From positions 1-56,577 of IMG/VR virus record IMGVR_UViG_3300048855_000094: a DNA stretch of 56,577 bases, one strand, 5' to 3'. Under the pieces are notes generated by a model. That model ran no database searches, was not told the DNA's origin, and saw nothing but the letters and a program-made list of their open reading frames with translations. The first letter of the stretch is position 1. Each line of letters opens with the position of its first letter. Source of the DNA: a virus (Duplodnaviria > Caudoviricetes). Shown piece by piece: positions 17,444 to 26,295 of this stretch. The translations under genes were made by a program, and so were the position numbers.

Positions 17444-17875
17444 ATGGAAAATTTTGAAAGAACGCTTCACCGCGAGGTAAAGGCCGGCGGCGGTACCGCG
17501 CTGGCCAAGCGTATAGGCGTCAACGAAACGCGACTGCTGGATTGCGCAAATCCAAACAGGGAGGCGCATCGCATGAACCTGGAGATGTTCGGCCAGGTGC
17601 TCACGCATCTGTCCGACGCCGGGCGCCGTAGCGTGTTGGCTGCACTGGCGAACGAGTTCGGCTTCGACATCGTTCCCAGAGTCACGCCGCCGCCTCAGGC
17701 CCTGACCGCGTCGTTGATCAACGTTGGCAAAGAAGTCGCCGATCTGACGATCGCGGTTCACCAGGCACTGGGCGACAACCACGTCAGCACCTTCGAGAAA
17801 TCCCAGATCCGCGTCGAGATCGACCACGTTCGCAAGAGCCTGGACGTGATGGACGCGTCGGTTCGGGCAGCCTGA
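17444..17875 (+). CDS. CII-like phage regulatory protein
   Basis: HTH-like GGTALAKRIGV...L....NPN; position between cro and O. Confidence 0.7.
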   Translation: MENFERTLHREVKAGGGTALAKRIGVNETRLLDCANPNREAHRMNLEMFGQVLTHLSDAGRRSVLAALANEFGFDIVPRVTPPPQALTASLINVGKEVADLTIAVHQALGDNHVSTFEKSQIRVEIDHVRKSLDVMDASVRAA

Positions 17876-17885
17876 ATTTCAGACA

Positions 17886-17914
17886 TAAAAAAACCGCCGG
17901 GCAGGGCGGTTTCT
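17886..17914. terminator. Hairpin with flanking A/T tracts (possibly bidirectional terminator)
   Basis: AAAAAAACCGCC-loop-GGCGGTTTCTT. Confidence 0.55.
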
Positions 17915-17938
17915 TCAGAACGGTTAGCGAGAAAAATC

Positions 17939-18784
17939 ATGACAAACATCGTCTCCTTTGACAAGTCCCGAGGGTTTACCCGGATGGACAACGATTTGAT
18001 AGACGCCTTGATGGCCATCGACTTGCCAGGCCGGGAGCTGAAGGTCGCGCTGTTCATCGCCAAGGCCACGATCAATTTCCAGACGGGTGCGTTACGGATC
18101 AAGGCTACGGACGTCGCTAAAGCCACCCACTTGCATCCTGACGTCGCATCCAAGGCGATCAGTCATCTGCTCAAGCGCAGGGTCATCTATCGAGAGGGTG
18201 GGTCGCGCGGTGAAATCGGGCTTGGCGACACGAAGGAGTGGGTTTATGCCGAACGTCCGAGTCGGATCAACCGGTCTGACTCGGATCAAATGGGCCGAGT
18301 CGTACTTTTCGCGAGTCAGACCAAAACCGACGACTCCCTTCTCTATTCCAAGAAATCTAACCCCAAAGTAACTCTTCCTTCGGAAGAGGTTACTTGCTCC
18401 CCACAGCAGCCGTCGGCTGAGAAAATCGAGCGCAAGAAACCGTTCGGCAAGCGCGACATGCTCGCTGCCAACCCCCACGGCATTCCCGAGCCGCTGCTGG
18501 ACGATTACCTCGCCGTGCGGAAGGCCAAGCGGGCGCCGATCACCTCTCGCATCTGGTCTGCCCTGAACACTAAGCTCGCCGGCTGCAAGGCTTTCGGAGT
18601 GAGCGCCGAGCAGGCGCTGACCATCGCCGTCGACTCAGGGTGGCAGGGCTTCGAGGTGGAGTGGGTCACTCGCCGCATCGGCGTTCACGCCCACGCCGCA
18701 CCGTCCCGCCACACCATGCTCGGCCAGATCGATCACCACGCCAACCTCGGGGAGGCGAATGCCGATGGCTCGTACCGCATCTGA
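17939..18784 (+). CDS. Replication initiator, lambda O-like
   Basis: GFTRMDNDLIDAL N-terminus typical of phage O proteins; C-terminal RKAKR...GWQGF; internal repeats. Confidence 0.85.
   Translation: MTNIVSFDKSRGFTRMDNDLIDALMAIDLPGRELKVALFIAKATINFQTGALRIKATDVAKATHLHPDVASKAISHLLKRRVIYREGGSRGEIGLGDTKEWVYAERPSRINRSDSDQMGRVVLFASQTKTDDSLLYSKKSNPKVTLPSEEVTCSPQQPSAEKIERKKPFGKRDMLAANPHGIPEPLLDDYLAVRKAKRAPITSRIWSALNTKLAGCKAFGVSAEQALTIAVDSGWQGFEVEWVTRRIGVHAHAAPSRHTMLGQIDHHANLGEANADGSYRI
18259..18375. repeat. Putative replication origin iterons within O
   Basis: GA(G/C)TC-core repeats at 18259, 18278, 18297, 18313 and 18332, followed by an AT-richer tract. Confidence 0.6.
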
Positions 18785-19583
18785 AGTCGTGAGCCTGGTT
18801 GGGACGTTGGGCCAGGTGCTCAAGTCCGAAAAGCGCAGCTGCGCGACCCACGGCGACTACACCGATCACCTGACCGGTTTGGGCAAAGCCCGGTCCGCTG
18901 CCTGGCATGGCTGCAACCGCTGCAATGCGGCAAACCGCGCCGAAGACACGCGCCGGGAACAGCAACGGCTGATTCGCGACAACTTGCGGCGATCGATCGA
19001 GGGCCGGGTAGGGCGCTCCTGCATTCCGCGCCGTTTTTCGGACCGCTCACTGGCTGGATTCCGTGTTGACGGGGAAGGGCAAGCCAGCGCGCTGCGGATC
19101 TGCACGGATTACGCCGAGAACTTCCCCGCGCATGCTCGAATGGGCCGTAGCCTGATGCTTCTCGGAACCGTGGGCACGGGGAAAACTCACTTGGCGACGG
19201 CGATCGGCAATCACGTCATACGCCGCTTGGGGATGACGGCGCTGTACCTGACCGCCAGTTCGGCCTTCCGCCACGTCAAGGCTTCCTTCGGCAGCGATAG
19301 CCCCCACACCGAGTCGCAGGCCTATGCGCTGTTCGAGTCCCCGGACCTGCTGATCCTCGACGAGGTGGGCGTCCAGAGCGTGACCGAGTTCGAGAGGACG
19401 GTGATGTTCGAACTGTTCAACTCACGCTACGAGGCGATGAAACCCACCATCGTGATTTCCAACCGTGGCAGGGACGAGCTGCCGATCTACATGGGCGATC
19501 GCGTCGTGGATCGACTGCGCGAGAACGGCGGAAAGCTGGTGCTGTTCACTTGGGAGTCGCAGCGCGGCAAGGAGAGTGTTTGA
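18759..19583 (+). CDS. DnaC/IstB-like AAA+ helicase loader
   Basis: Walker A GTVGTGKT, Walker B LLILDE, PTIVISN, DRVVDRL; N-terminal C..H...C..C. Confidence 0.92.
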   Translation: MPMARTASEVVSLVGTLGQVLKSEKRSCATHGDYTDHLTGLGKARSAAWHGCNRCNAANRAEDTRREQQRLIRDNLRRSIEGRVGRSCIPRRFSDRSLAGFRVDGEGQASALRICTDYAENFPAHARMGRSLMLLGTVGTGKTHLATAIGNHVIRRLGMTALYLTASSAFRHVKASFGSDSPHTESQAYALFESPDLLILDEVGVQSVTEFERTVMFELFNSRYEAMKPTIVISNRGRDELPIYMGDRVVDRLRENGGKLVLFTWESQRGKESV

Positions 19584-19810
19584 TGGCTGACTATTCGAAG
19601 TTGAGGGCGCTGGCTCAGAAACAGGTCAACCCCGCGAACTGGTTTCAACCTGGCGAAGTGGTCGCGGGCATAGAGCCTGAAGACCTGGAGTACATCGCGG
19701 CCGCGGACCCCGCAGTGGTGCTTGAGCTGATCACCGAAGTCGAAGCGCTGCGTGCGCAGACCCAGACCCAGACCCAGACCCAGACCCAGCCCCTGCAGGC
19801 TGCACCATGA
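19583..19810 (+). CDS. Ead/Ea22-like small protein
   Basis: YIAAADPAVVLELITEVEALR motif. Confidence 0.65.
   Translation: MADYSKLRALAQKQVNPANWFQPGEVVAGIEPEDLEYIAAADPAVVLELITEVEALRAQTQTQTQTQTQPLQAAP
19757..19792 (+). repeat. In-frame hexanucleotide tandem repeat (CAGACC)x5 plus one variant
   Basis: Directly visible; encodes QTQTQTQTQTQP. Confidence 0.95.
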
Positions 19811-20208
19811 CTGAATTCGCACTCAAGTCGCCCGCCGACATCGCCCGCATCATGGGCTACCTGCACGGCACCGATCTGTCCAAGCCAAAGCTGGTTGTGA
19901 TCAAGGACGAGAAACGCCCGGACATCAGCAATCGCAAGATGTGGGCGATGCTGCGCGACGTGTCACAGCAGGTGGATTGGTACGGCAAGAAGCTCTCGGA
20001 TGAGGACTGGAAACACGTCTTCAGTGCTTCGGTCGAGAAGCAACGCGCTGTGCCCGGGCTCGACGGCGGGTTTGTCGTTCTCGGCATCTCCACCCGCAAG
20101 CAGTCGCAGCAGTGGTTCAGCGATTTGTTTGAAGTCATGCATGCGTTCGGCGCGGAGCATGGGGTGCGGTGGACGCAGGCTGATCTGTGGGGTGGCCGTT
20201 ATGACTGA
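19807..20208 (+). CDS. ninB: NinB-family recombination protein
   Basis: NRKMWAMLRDVSQQVDWYG, WKHVF and VPGLDGGFVVLG. Confidence 0.9.
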   Translation: MTEFALKSPADIARIMGYLHGTDLSKPKLVVIKDEKRPDISNRKMWAMLRDVSQQVDWYGKKLSDEDWKHVFSASVEKQRAVPGLDGGFVVLGISTRKQSQQWFSDLFEVMHAFGAEHGVRWTQADLWGGRYD

Positions 20209-20295
20209 GTTGGGCAAGGTCTTCCATCAGGCCGGCGCCATGCTCGCGCGCCTTCATGACTTGCCTCCCGGCCGCCGATGGTCTGGAGGTGAGTT

Positions 20296-20892
20296 GTGAT
20301 CGGACAGGCAGCAAAGAAGTCGCTGCTGACGCGCAGGAAGCGCCAGTGCGCCAATCCCGTATGCGCTGCTGAGTTCGTTCCGTTCCAACTGGGCCAGAAG
20401 GTGTGCACTTGGCAGTGCGGCCTGGCCATCGCCGTTACGCACCAAGACAAAGCTCGCAAGTCGCTCGCCCAGGTCGAGCGCCGGAACATTAAGGCCCGCA
20501 AGGAAAAGCTGAAGTCGAGATCCGAGCACATGAAGGACACGCAAACAGCCTTCAACGCCTGGGTGCGTGCCCGTGACGCCGGGCAGCCTTGCATCAGCTG
20601 CGGCCGCTTTCACCAGGGCAAGAACGACGCAGGGCACTACCGCACAGTCGCGAGCGCGCCAGAGCTTCGCTTCGAGCCGCTGAATTGCCATCTGCAGTGC
20701 TCGCCATGCAACACGCACAAGTCGGGCGACATCGTGAACTACCGGATCAGCCTGGTGCAGCGCATCGGCGCGGAGAAAGTCTCATGGCTTGAAGGCCCAC
20801 ATGCGCCGAAAAAATACACGGTCAGTGATCTGAAGGCGCTGACCACTCAGTACCGGGAACTGACCAGAGCATTGAAGAGGGGAGCAGCATGA
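20296..20892 (+). CDS. ninG: NinG/Rap-family endonuclease
   Basis: FNAWVRARD...PCISCG, DAGHYR, N.HLQC..CN. Confidence 0.92.
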   Translation: MIGQAAKKSLLTRRKRQCANPVCAAEFVPFQLGQKVCTWQCGLAIAVTHQDKARKSLAQVERRNIKARKEKLKSRSEHMKDTQTAFNAWVRARDAGQPCISCGRFHQGKNDAGHYRTVASAPELRFEPLNCHLQCSPCNTHKSGDIVNYRISLVQRIGAEKVSWLEGPHAPKKYTVSDLKALTTQYRELTRALKRGAA

Positions 20893-21470
20893 AGATTTTT
20901 TCCGCACGTCAGGCGTGGCATGACTGCACTTATAACCCGGCGCCGGGGCAGAGTTCGGAGGTGGTACAGCTCGGCGTCGTCGTCCAGAGCACGAAGCGCG
21001 GACCTACGGCGAACCACGCCATCCACAGCGCGCTGGCCGGGCACATCCAGTCGGCGATCGCCAAGCTACATCCCCAGGTCCGCGTGTTCGGCGAATACAT
21101 GTACGCCGCCAACCGGGACGACGATATCCGTGAGGCGGCGGAGGAGGTCGTGTTTGGCATGGTGCTCTCGAAGTCCAAGCGCATGACCGCGGCCAAGCGC
21201 GAGAAGCTGGGGTACGTGGTGAAGGGCGTGATGTGCCGGTACCGCTACATGCACCAGGGCGGGCAGTCGGCGAATCAGGATCCGCTGATTAAACCGGAGG
21301 GGTTTCGTGGTTGGCTGATGGCGGAGTATGGCGTGCGCCTTGAGTCGTGTAACTGGGACCGCGATTGGCAGTGCTTTGTGATGTTGGCTTTTGATTGCTG
21401 CGAGGACCTGGATCGCATGGCGTTGAGCCCAGTAGGGGCGGTGATCTATTCGATGAAGGCGGCCGCTTGA
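20889..21470 (+). CDS. Putative Q-like late antiterminator
   Basis: Position after ninG and directly upstream of a promoter-terminator pair; sequence family not confirmed. Confidence 0.55.
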   Translation: MKIFSARQAWHDCTYNPAPGQSSEVVQLGVVVQSTKRGPTANHAIHSALAGHIQSAIAKLHPQVRVFGEYMYAANRDDDIREAAEEVVFGMVLSKSKRMTAAKREKLGYVVKGVMCRYRYMHQGGQSANQDPLIKPEGFRGWLMAEYGVRLESCNWDRDWQCFVMLAFDCCEDLDRMALSPVGAVIYSMKAAA

Positions 21471-21565
21471 CTTCATGTGCGGCTGAGGGCATCATTTTGT
21501 CACATTGAGTATTTTGCCTACGGCAAGTTGCTCAGGAATACCCCGCCAACGAGCGGGGTTTTTTT
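21467..21565 (+). promoter_or_regulatory. Late promoter pR'-like with downstream terminator tR'
   Basis: TTGACT-N17-CATCAT, then CCCCGC-loop-GCGGGG-T7 at 21541-21565. Confidence 0.65.
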
Positions 21566-21577
21566 ATTGCGGAAGCT

Positions 21578-21889
21578 TTATGCAGGACGGGGTTTCTTCT
21601 TCAGCAGGGCCACGGAGTTTTCGATAAAGAACTTTCCGTACATGACAATATTAAATCCCCACAACGCGCAGTTTGAAATTTCTGCTCTAGACGGATCGCC
21701 CGATGCTGTACGAAACTCGTACCAGACATAGAGGCCGATTAGAACCATGCCGAGCTGCACTATAGCGATTAACCATTTCCAGAATGTGAGACGCACTTCG
21801 CTCGAAACCGTCAAGAGCCCGAGTAATAGTGCAAGTACTCCTGCTGCGCCGCCAAAGATGCCGCCTAGCTGATTCGCCGTTTCCATCAT
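21578..21889 (-). CDS. Small membrane protein (2-3 TM)
   Basis: Hydrophobic helices; ATGA overlap with the hicB stop. Confidence 0.65.
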   Translation of the reverse strand: MMETANQLGGIFGGAAGVLALLLGLLTVSSEVRLTFWKWLIAIVQLGMVLIGLYVWYEFRTASGDPSRAEISNCALWGFNIVMYGKFFIENSVALLKKKPRPA

Positions 21890-22311
21890 CCGACCTCCTG
21901 CACTGCGGCTAGGCGCTTACTCAAGACCGCTAGCGCAGCCTCAACTTCCCCCACATTTGATTCGTGCAGGAAATTGACTAGTCGAGCACCTTGGATTTGG
22001 CTTACCCCGAGTGCATGGGAGAGGTCACCTTTGCCCATTCCCAGTTCTATTATTGCGTTCCACAGCGCGATCTTCAGTACGGTCGCAGCCGGAAGATGAA
22101 CGATATGCTCTCCGTCTTCGGGAGGAGTTGCCGTAGGAATCGCCCTGTACTCATCGACATAGATCGACAATGTGCTTTCGACGCCATCCACGGCCTGAGT
22201 CATTGCGTGCTGCTCGTCATTCCCATAGCTGCTGAACTGCGGAAGGTCGCGGCAGTACACGGCAAGCCCAGGTGCCATGTCTTTCTCGAATCGAACGGCG
22301 TAGTTGTACAT
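21886..22311 (-). CDS. hicB: HicB-family antitoxin (no intact hicA)
   Basis: Y...F......AV..RDLP...SYG....A...A.D, followed by KIALWN and a C-terminal HTH. Confidence 0.85.
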   Translation of the reverse strand: MYNYAVRFEKDMAPGLAVYCRDLPQFSSYGNDEQHAMTQAVDGVESTLSIYVDEYRAIPTATPPEDGEHIVHLPAATVLKIALWNAIIELGMGKGDLSHALGVSQIQGARLVNFLHESNVGEVEAALAVLSKRLAAVQEVG

Positions 22312-22478
22312 GTTTGCTCCTCGCGGGTTCGCTCAGCGTCGTGGCACCTCTAGGCCTCTTTACTGGACGCTGAAATGCATCACCAACTTCATGTTGGGAT
22401 GAGTGAATTACACACCAAAGTTGTGGTGCCTGAACAGTTATATGGCGCCGCTATGCATGCCTGTACGGAGTCGAGCGC

Positions 22479-22808
22479 ATGGAGTTATTTCACCGCCTGC
22501 TCGACAAGCTCGACTGGCTTATTGCAGGTCTGATGGGGGCAATCGTCGCCAGCTGGTGGCACAAGGACGACCTCAAAGACATCTGGTCCTGGGTAATTTT
22601 TCTCGTCACCGGGATCGCCTGCGCGTTCTACCTCACCAGCATCGTGTGCGACCAGCTTGGCGTCGTCGACTCCAGCGATGTAGCGGGCGTCGCGTTTCTG
22701 CTCGGCGCCTTCGGCGGGTCGCTTATGGCGGCGACCAACCGAGCTATCAAAGCCGCTGACCTTTGGGCGCTGATCCGTCAGCGGTTTGGGGGAGGTAATC
22801 CACCATGA
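22479..22808 (+). CDS. Putative holin
   Basis: 109 aa, ~3 TM segments, first sense gene of the late operon. Confidence 0.65.
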   Translation: MELFHRLLDKLDWLIAGLMGAIVASWWHKDDLKDIWSWVIFLVTGIACAFYLTSIVCDQLGVVDSSDVAGVAFLLGAFGGSLMAATNRAIKAADLWALIRQRFGGGNPP

Positions 22809-23161
22809 ACCTCGAACTGATCAACTCTATCGCGTGCGGGCTAATCGCGCTGTGGGCTACCTGGTGCGTGTTGAGCGGAAAGGTGCGCGACGGGATCATC
22901 GGCAAGATCATCTATTCGGCGATCGCTATCAGCGGATTCGTCGTGATGTCGCGCAACCAGACATTGTTCATCGGCGCGACGAATGCCGAGCTGACGTTTC
23001 ACGCGTCCCTCTGCCTGGCTGGAATGCGGCATATGTTCATGGTCACTTACTGGCCAGCAGTGAAGAAGTGGATCTGCTGGAAGCTGGATTGCGAACGTTG
23101 CGCCCGCGACCCTCGCTTCGGCGTGCACTCGAAGCGGGGTCATCGTTGTAGGGAGCGGTGA
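22805..23161 (+). CDS. Membrane protein coupled to the holin
   Basis: Multiple TM segments; ATGA overlap. Confidence 0.65.
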   Translation: MNLELINSIACGLIALWATWCVLSGKVRDGIIGKIIYSAIAISGFVVMSRNQTLFIGATNAELTFHASLCLAGMRHMFMVTYWPAVKKWICWKLDCERCARDPRFGVHSKRGHRCRER

Positions 23162-23381
23162 TCCATCAATGCCCGGTGAGATAAGCAACATGGCAAGGGC
23201 AGCGAAGCCTTTCAGAGTTTTTTTACTGTACTGGTGTGGCATGGAAGATACCTTGTTGAGTGATCAACGATTCAGTCTCCCCATTTTCCGATCTGCCGCC
23301 ACTCAACCCGGAGCTTTTGCATCCAGCCCTTGCCACGTCGTGCTTCCAGACCCGTACAGCTGCGAGGTCGTTAGCGGCACT

Positions 23382-23810
23382 TCAGATATTCCCGTGATAG
23401 CAAGCCTGCAGCGACGCTTGATAATCCTTCATCATCTCTTGCAGCGCGCCTAAATTCCCTGAGGGAGTACCGCTTGAAGCGACCTCAACGGTAATTGCCA
23501 AGCTGTCCACCTTGGCTTGGATGGGAATGCAACGATCATTTTTTAGGCGCTGTAATGTGGCCTGCGTCGATTGGAGTTGCGCTTGCTGCGCTTCGTAGGC
23601 TTGCCGCCACTCTTTGAGATTTTGCAGTAGGTCTTTATTAGACTCTCGATATTCCTGATTTCTCTCTGTCAGCGAGGTCAGGGCTGTTTCCTGTTGTCCG
23701 TATTTAACGCCCATGGTTGCAACCGATGCTAATGCTGAGCCGAGAAGCGTGAACGCTCCCACGGTAAGCCAGCTTGGGCGACTGTTTGGAGTTGCGGTGT
23801 CTTCGCTCAT
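23382..23810 (-). CDS. Single-TM coiled-coil moron protein
   Basis: N-terminal TM, Gln-rich helical domain, two Cys; AAGGA RBS; antisense to the late operon. Confidence 0.7.
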   Translation of the reverse strand: MSEDTATPNSRPSWLTVGAFTLLGSALASVATMGVKYGQQETALTSLTERNQEYRESNKDLLQNLKEWRQAYEAQQAQLQSTQATLQRLKNDRCIPIQAKVDSLAITVEVASSGTPSGNLGALQEMMKDYQASLQACYHGNI

Positions 23811-23890
23811 GGCGCGGTCCTTGTCCGATGATAAAAGACTCAGTTTATCCACGGGCCAGTCTGAATAGAACAACATGGAGGGGCAGTTGA

Positions 23891-24514
23891 ATGGAAAGAC
23901 CGTTGCCGCCGCCCGCACGTCTGCAGAGCTCTGAACCTTGGACGCCCGATATCCGGTTCAGCCTGGCATCCGAGGTCTGGCAATGGGCCCAAACCGAAAT
24001 CCTCGCCGACACCGGCAGCATCCATAACCCAGATCACGCCCACCTCATCGACGCTGACATCGCCGTCATGTGGGCATCGTCCAGCTTCGAAAAGGCGGGC
24101 CGCCGCGTATTGGGCCAGGCCGAACAGGTCGCCTTCCGCGCCGGTGGTTGGCAGAAGGCACGCATGGAACAGCAGATGCGTGACTGGTTCGGCGATGTGC
24201 CGGCCTTCATCATCACTCTGGCCGCTGATTACTGCTCGACGTGCAGCGACACCGAGTTCTGCGCCTTGATCGAGCACGAGCTGTATCACTTGGCTCACGC
24301 CACCGACAAGTACGGCCAGCCTGCCTTCACCCAGGAAGGCGGACCCAAGCTGAAACTCCAGGGCCATGACGTCGAAGAGTTCGTCGGTGTAGTCCGCCGC
24401 TATGGTGCAAGCACTGAGGTTCAGGCTCTGGTCGATGCAGCAAATAAACCCGCCGAGGTGGGCAAACTGAATATTTCGAGGGCCTGCGGAACCTGTCTAC
24501 TCAAGTCTGCCTGA
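23891..24514 (+). CDS. Putative phage metallopeptidase
   Basis: HELYH (HExxH) and HDVEEF motifs. Confidence 0.8.
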   Translation: MERPLPPPARLQSSEPWTPDIRFSLASEVWQWAQTEILADTGSIHNPDHAHLIDADIAVMWASSSFEKAGRRVLGQAEQVAFRAGGWQKARMEQQMRDWFGDVPAFIITLAADYCSTCSDTEFCALIEHELYHLAHATDKYGQPAFTQEGGPKLKLQGHDVEEFVGVVRRYGASTEVQALVDAANKPAEVGKLNISRACGTCLLKSA

Positions 24515-24545
24515 CCCCTGACAGACCCCAGACGGAATCCAGCCT

Positions 24546-25022
24546 ATGGCCACCCTGAACAACGAGGTGAAGGCCTTTATCGTTCAGGCCTTGGCGTGCT
24601 TCGACACCCCCTCACAGGTCTCGGCCGCCGTCCGAGAAGAATTCGGCATTGAGGTGCCCCGGCAGAAGTGCGAAGCCCATGACCCGACCAAGCGTGCCGG
24701 ACGAGATCTGGCCAAACGCTGGGTCACGCTTTTTGAGGACACCCGAAAGAGGTTCCGCGAAGAGACTGCCGATATCCCGATCGCCAATCGTGCGTATCGC
24801 CTGCGCGCCATGAACAGGTTTGTCGAGCGCGCCGAGACCACCAAAAACATCGGGCTCGCCATGCAGATCCTTGAGCAGGCCGCGAAAGAAGCAGGCGACA
24901 TGTACGTCAACCGGCAGAAGAAGGCCGATGCAGACGATGAGCCCGTTGTCCCAACCGCAGTGTCGGTTCATGTGATTGACGCGAGGAAGCGGGATGCCGA
25001 GCCTGAACGTTCCCCAGGCTGA
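24546..25022 (+). CDS. terS: Terminase small subunit (DUF2280-like)
   Basis: FIVQALACFDTPSQV and IPIANRAYRLR; upstream of terL. Confidence 0.8.
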   Translation: MATLNNEVKAFIVQALACFDTPSQVSAAVREEFGIEVPRQKCEAHDPTKRAGRDLAKRWVTLFEDTRKRFREETADIPIANRAYRLRAMNRFVERAETTKNIGLAMQILEQAAKEAGDMYVNRQKKADADDEPVVPTAVSVHVIDARKRDAEPERSPG

Positions 25023-26295
25023 CTTCCTGCAACTGCCGCACAAGTTTCGCGGATTCGTCGCAGGGTTCGGTTCTGGCAAGACGTGGGTGGGCTGCGCGGC
25101 GCTGTGCAAGCACGTCTGGGAATGGCCGGGCATCAACTCTGGCTACTTCGCTCCGACGTATCCGCAGATCCGCGACATTTTCTTCCCGACCATCGAGGAA
25201 GTTGCCTACGACTGGGGCTTGAAGGTTCGCACCAAGGAAAGCGATAAAGAGGTCGATTTCTACAGCGGCAGGCAGTACCGCAGCACGACGATCTGCCGGT
25301 CGATGGAGAAGCCGCAAACCATCGTCGGCTTCAAGATCGGGCACGCGCTGGTCGACGAGCTCGATGTGTTGCCGTCGCTCAAGGCGCAGCATGCCTGGCG
25401 CAAGATCATTGCGCGGATGCGCTACGACGTCCCCGGTCTGAAGAATGGCGTCGACGTCACGACGACGCCGGAAGGCTTCAAGTTCGTGTTCCAGCAGTTC
25501 GTCAAACAGCTGCGGGAGAAACCGGCGCTGAGCGGTATGTACGGCCTAGTGCAGGCGAGCACGTTCGACAACGAGCTGAACCTGCCGGACGACTACATAC
25601 CGTCGCTGATGGAATCTTACCCGGAGCAGTTGATCCGGGCTTATCTGAACGGCCAGTTCGTCAACCTGACGTCGGGGTCGATCTACCACGCGTACGACCG
25701 CAAGCTGAACCATTGTTTCGACACCGTGCAGGCGGGCGAGCCGCTGTTCATCGGCATGGACTTCAACGTCGGCAAGATGGCAGCGATCACCCACGTGAAG
25801 CGCGATCAGGGCATGCCGCGCGCGGTCGACGAGTTCACCAACGGCTACGACACGCCGGACATGATCAAGCGCATCAAGGAACGGTACTGGCGCTACAACG
25901 GCAACACCTTTGAAAAGACCTGTGAGATTCGGATCTACCCGGACGCGTCTGGCGACTCGCGCAAGTCGGTGAATGCCAGCCTGACCGATATCGCCATGCT
26001 CAAGCAGGCGGGGTTCACGGTCATTGCGCCGGCCGCTAACCCGCCGGTGAAAGACCGGATCAACGCGATGAACGCCATGTTTTGCAACTCCCAGGGCGAG
26101 CGCCGCTACCAGGTCAACCCTTTCACGTGCCCGACCTACGCTGATGGCCTCGAGCAGCAGATCTGGGCGCCCAACGGGGAACCCGACAAGAGCCAGGGCA
26201 ACGACCACGCGAACGACGCGGGCGGCTACTTCATTCACAAAGACTTCCCGATCATTAAACCGGTCACCACCTTGAACATGGGGTTCGCACGCTGA
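24994..26295 (+). CDS. terL: Terminase large subunit
   Basis: Walker A AGFGSGKT, APTY, Walker B LVDE, TTTPEG; nuclease motifs GMDFN and DHANDA. Confidence 0.95.
   Translation: MPSLNVPQADFLQLPHKFRGFVAGFGSGKTWVGCAALCKHVWEWPGINSGYFAPTYPQIRDIFFPTIEEVAYDWGLKVRTKESDKEVDFYSGRQYRSTTICRSMEKPQTIVGFKIGHALVDELDVLPSLKAQHAWRKIIARMRYDVPGLKNGVDVTTTPEGFKFVFQQFVKQLREKPALSGMYGLVQASTFDNELNLPDDYIPSLMESYPEQLIRAYLNGQFVNLTSGSIYHAYDRKLNHCFDTVQAGEPLFIGMDFNVGKMAAITHVKRDQGMPRAVDEFTNGYDTPDMIKRIKERYWRYNGNTFEKTCEIRIYPDASGDSRKSVNASLTDIAMLKQAGFTVIAPAANPPVKDRINAMNAMFCNSQGERRYQVNPFTCPTYADGLEQQIWAPNGEPDKSQGNDHANDAGGYFIHKDFPIIKPVTTLNMGFAR

Noticed and set aside
19757-19792. Short repeats as a CRISPR array
   Set aside because: Contiguous microsatellite without spacers; I saw no spaced repeat array or cas genes in the window
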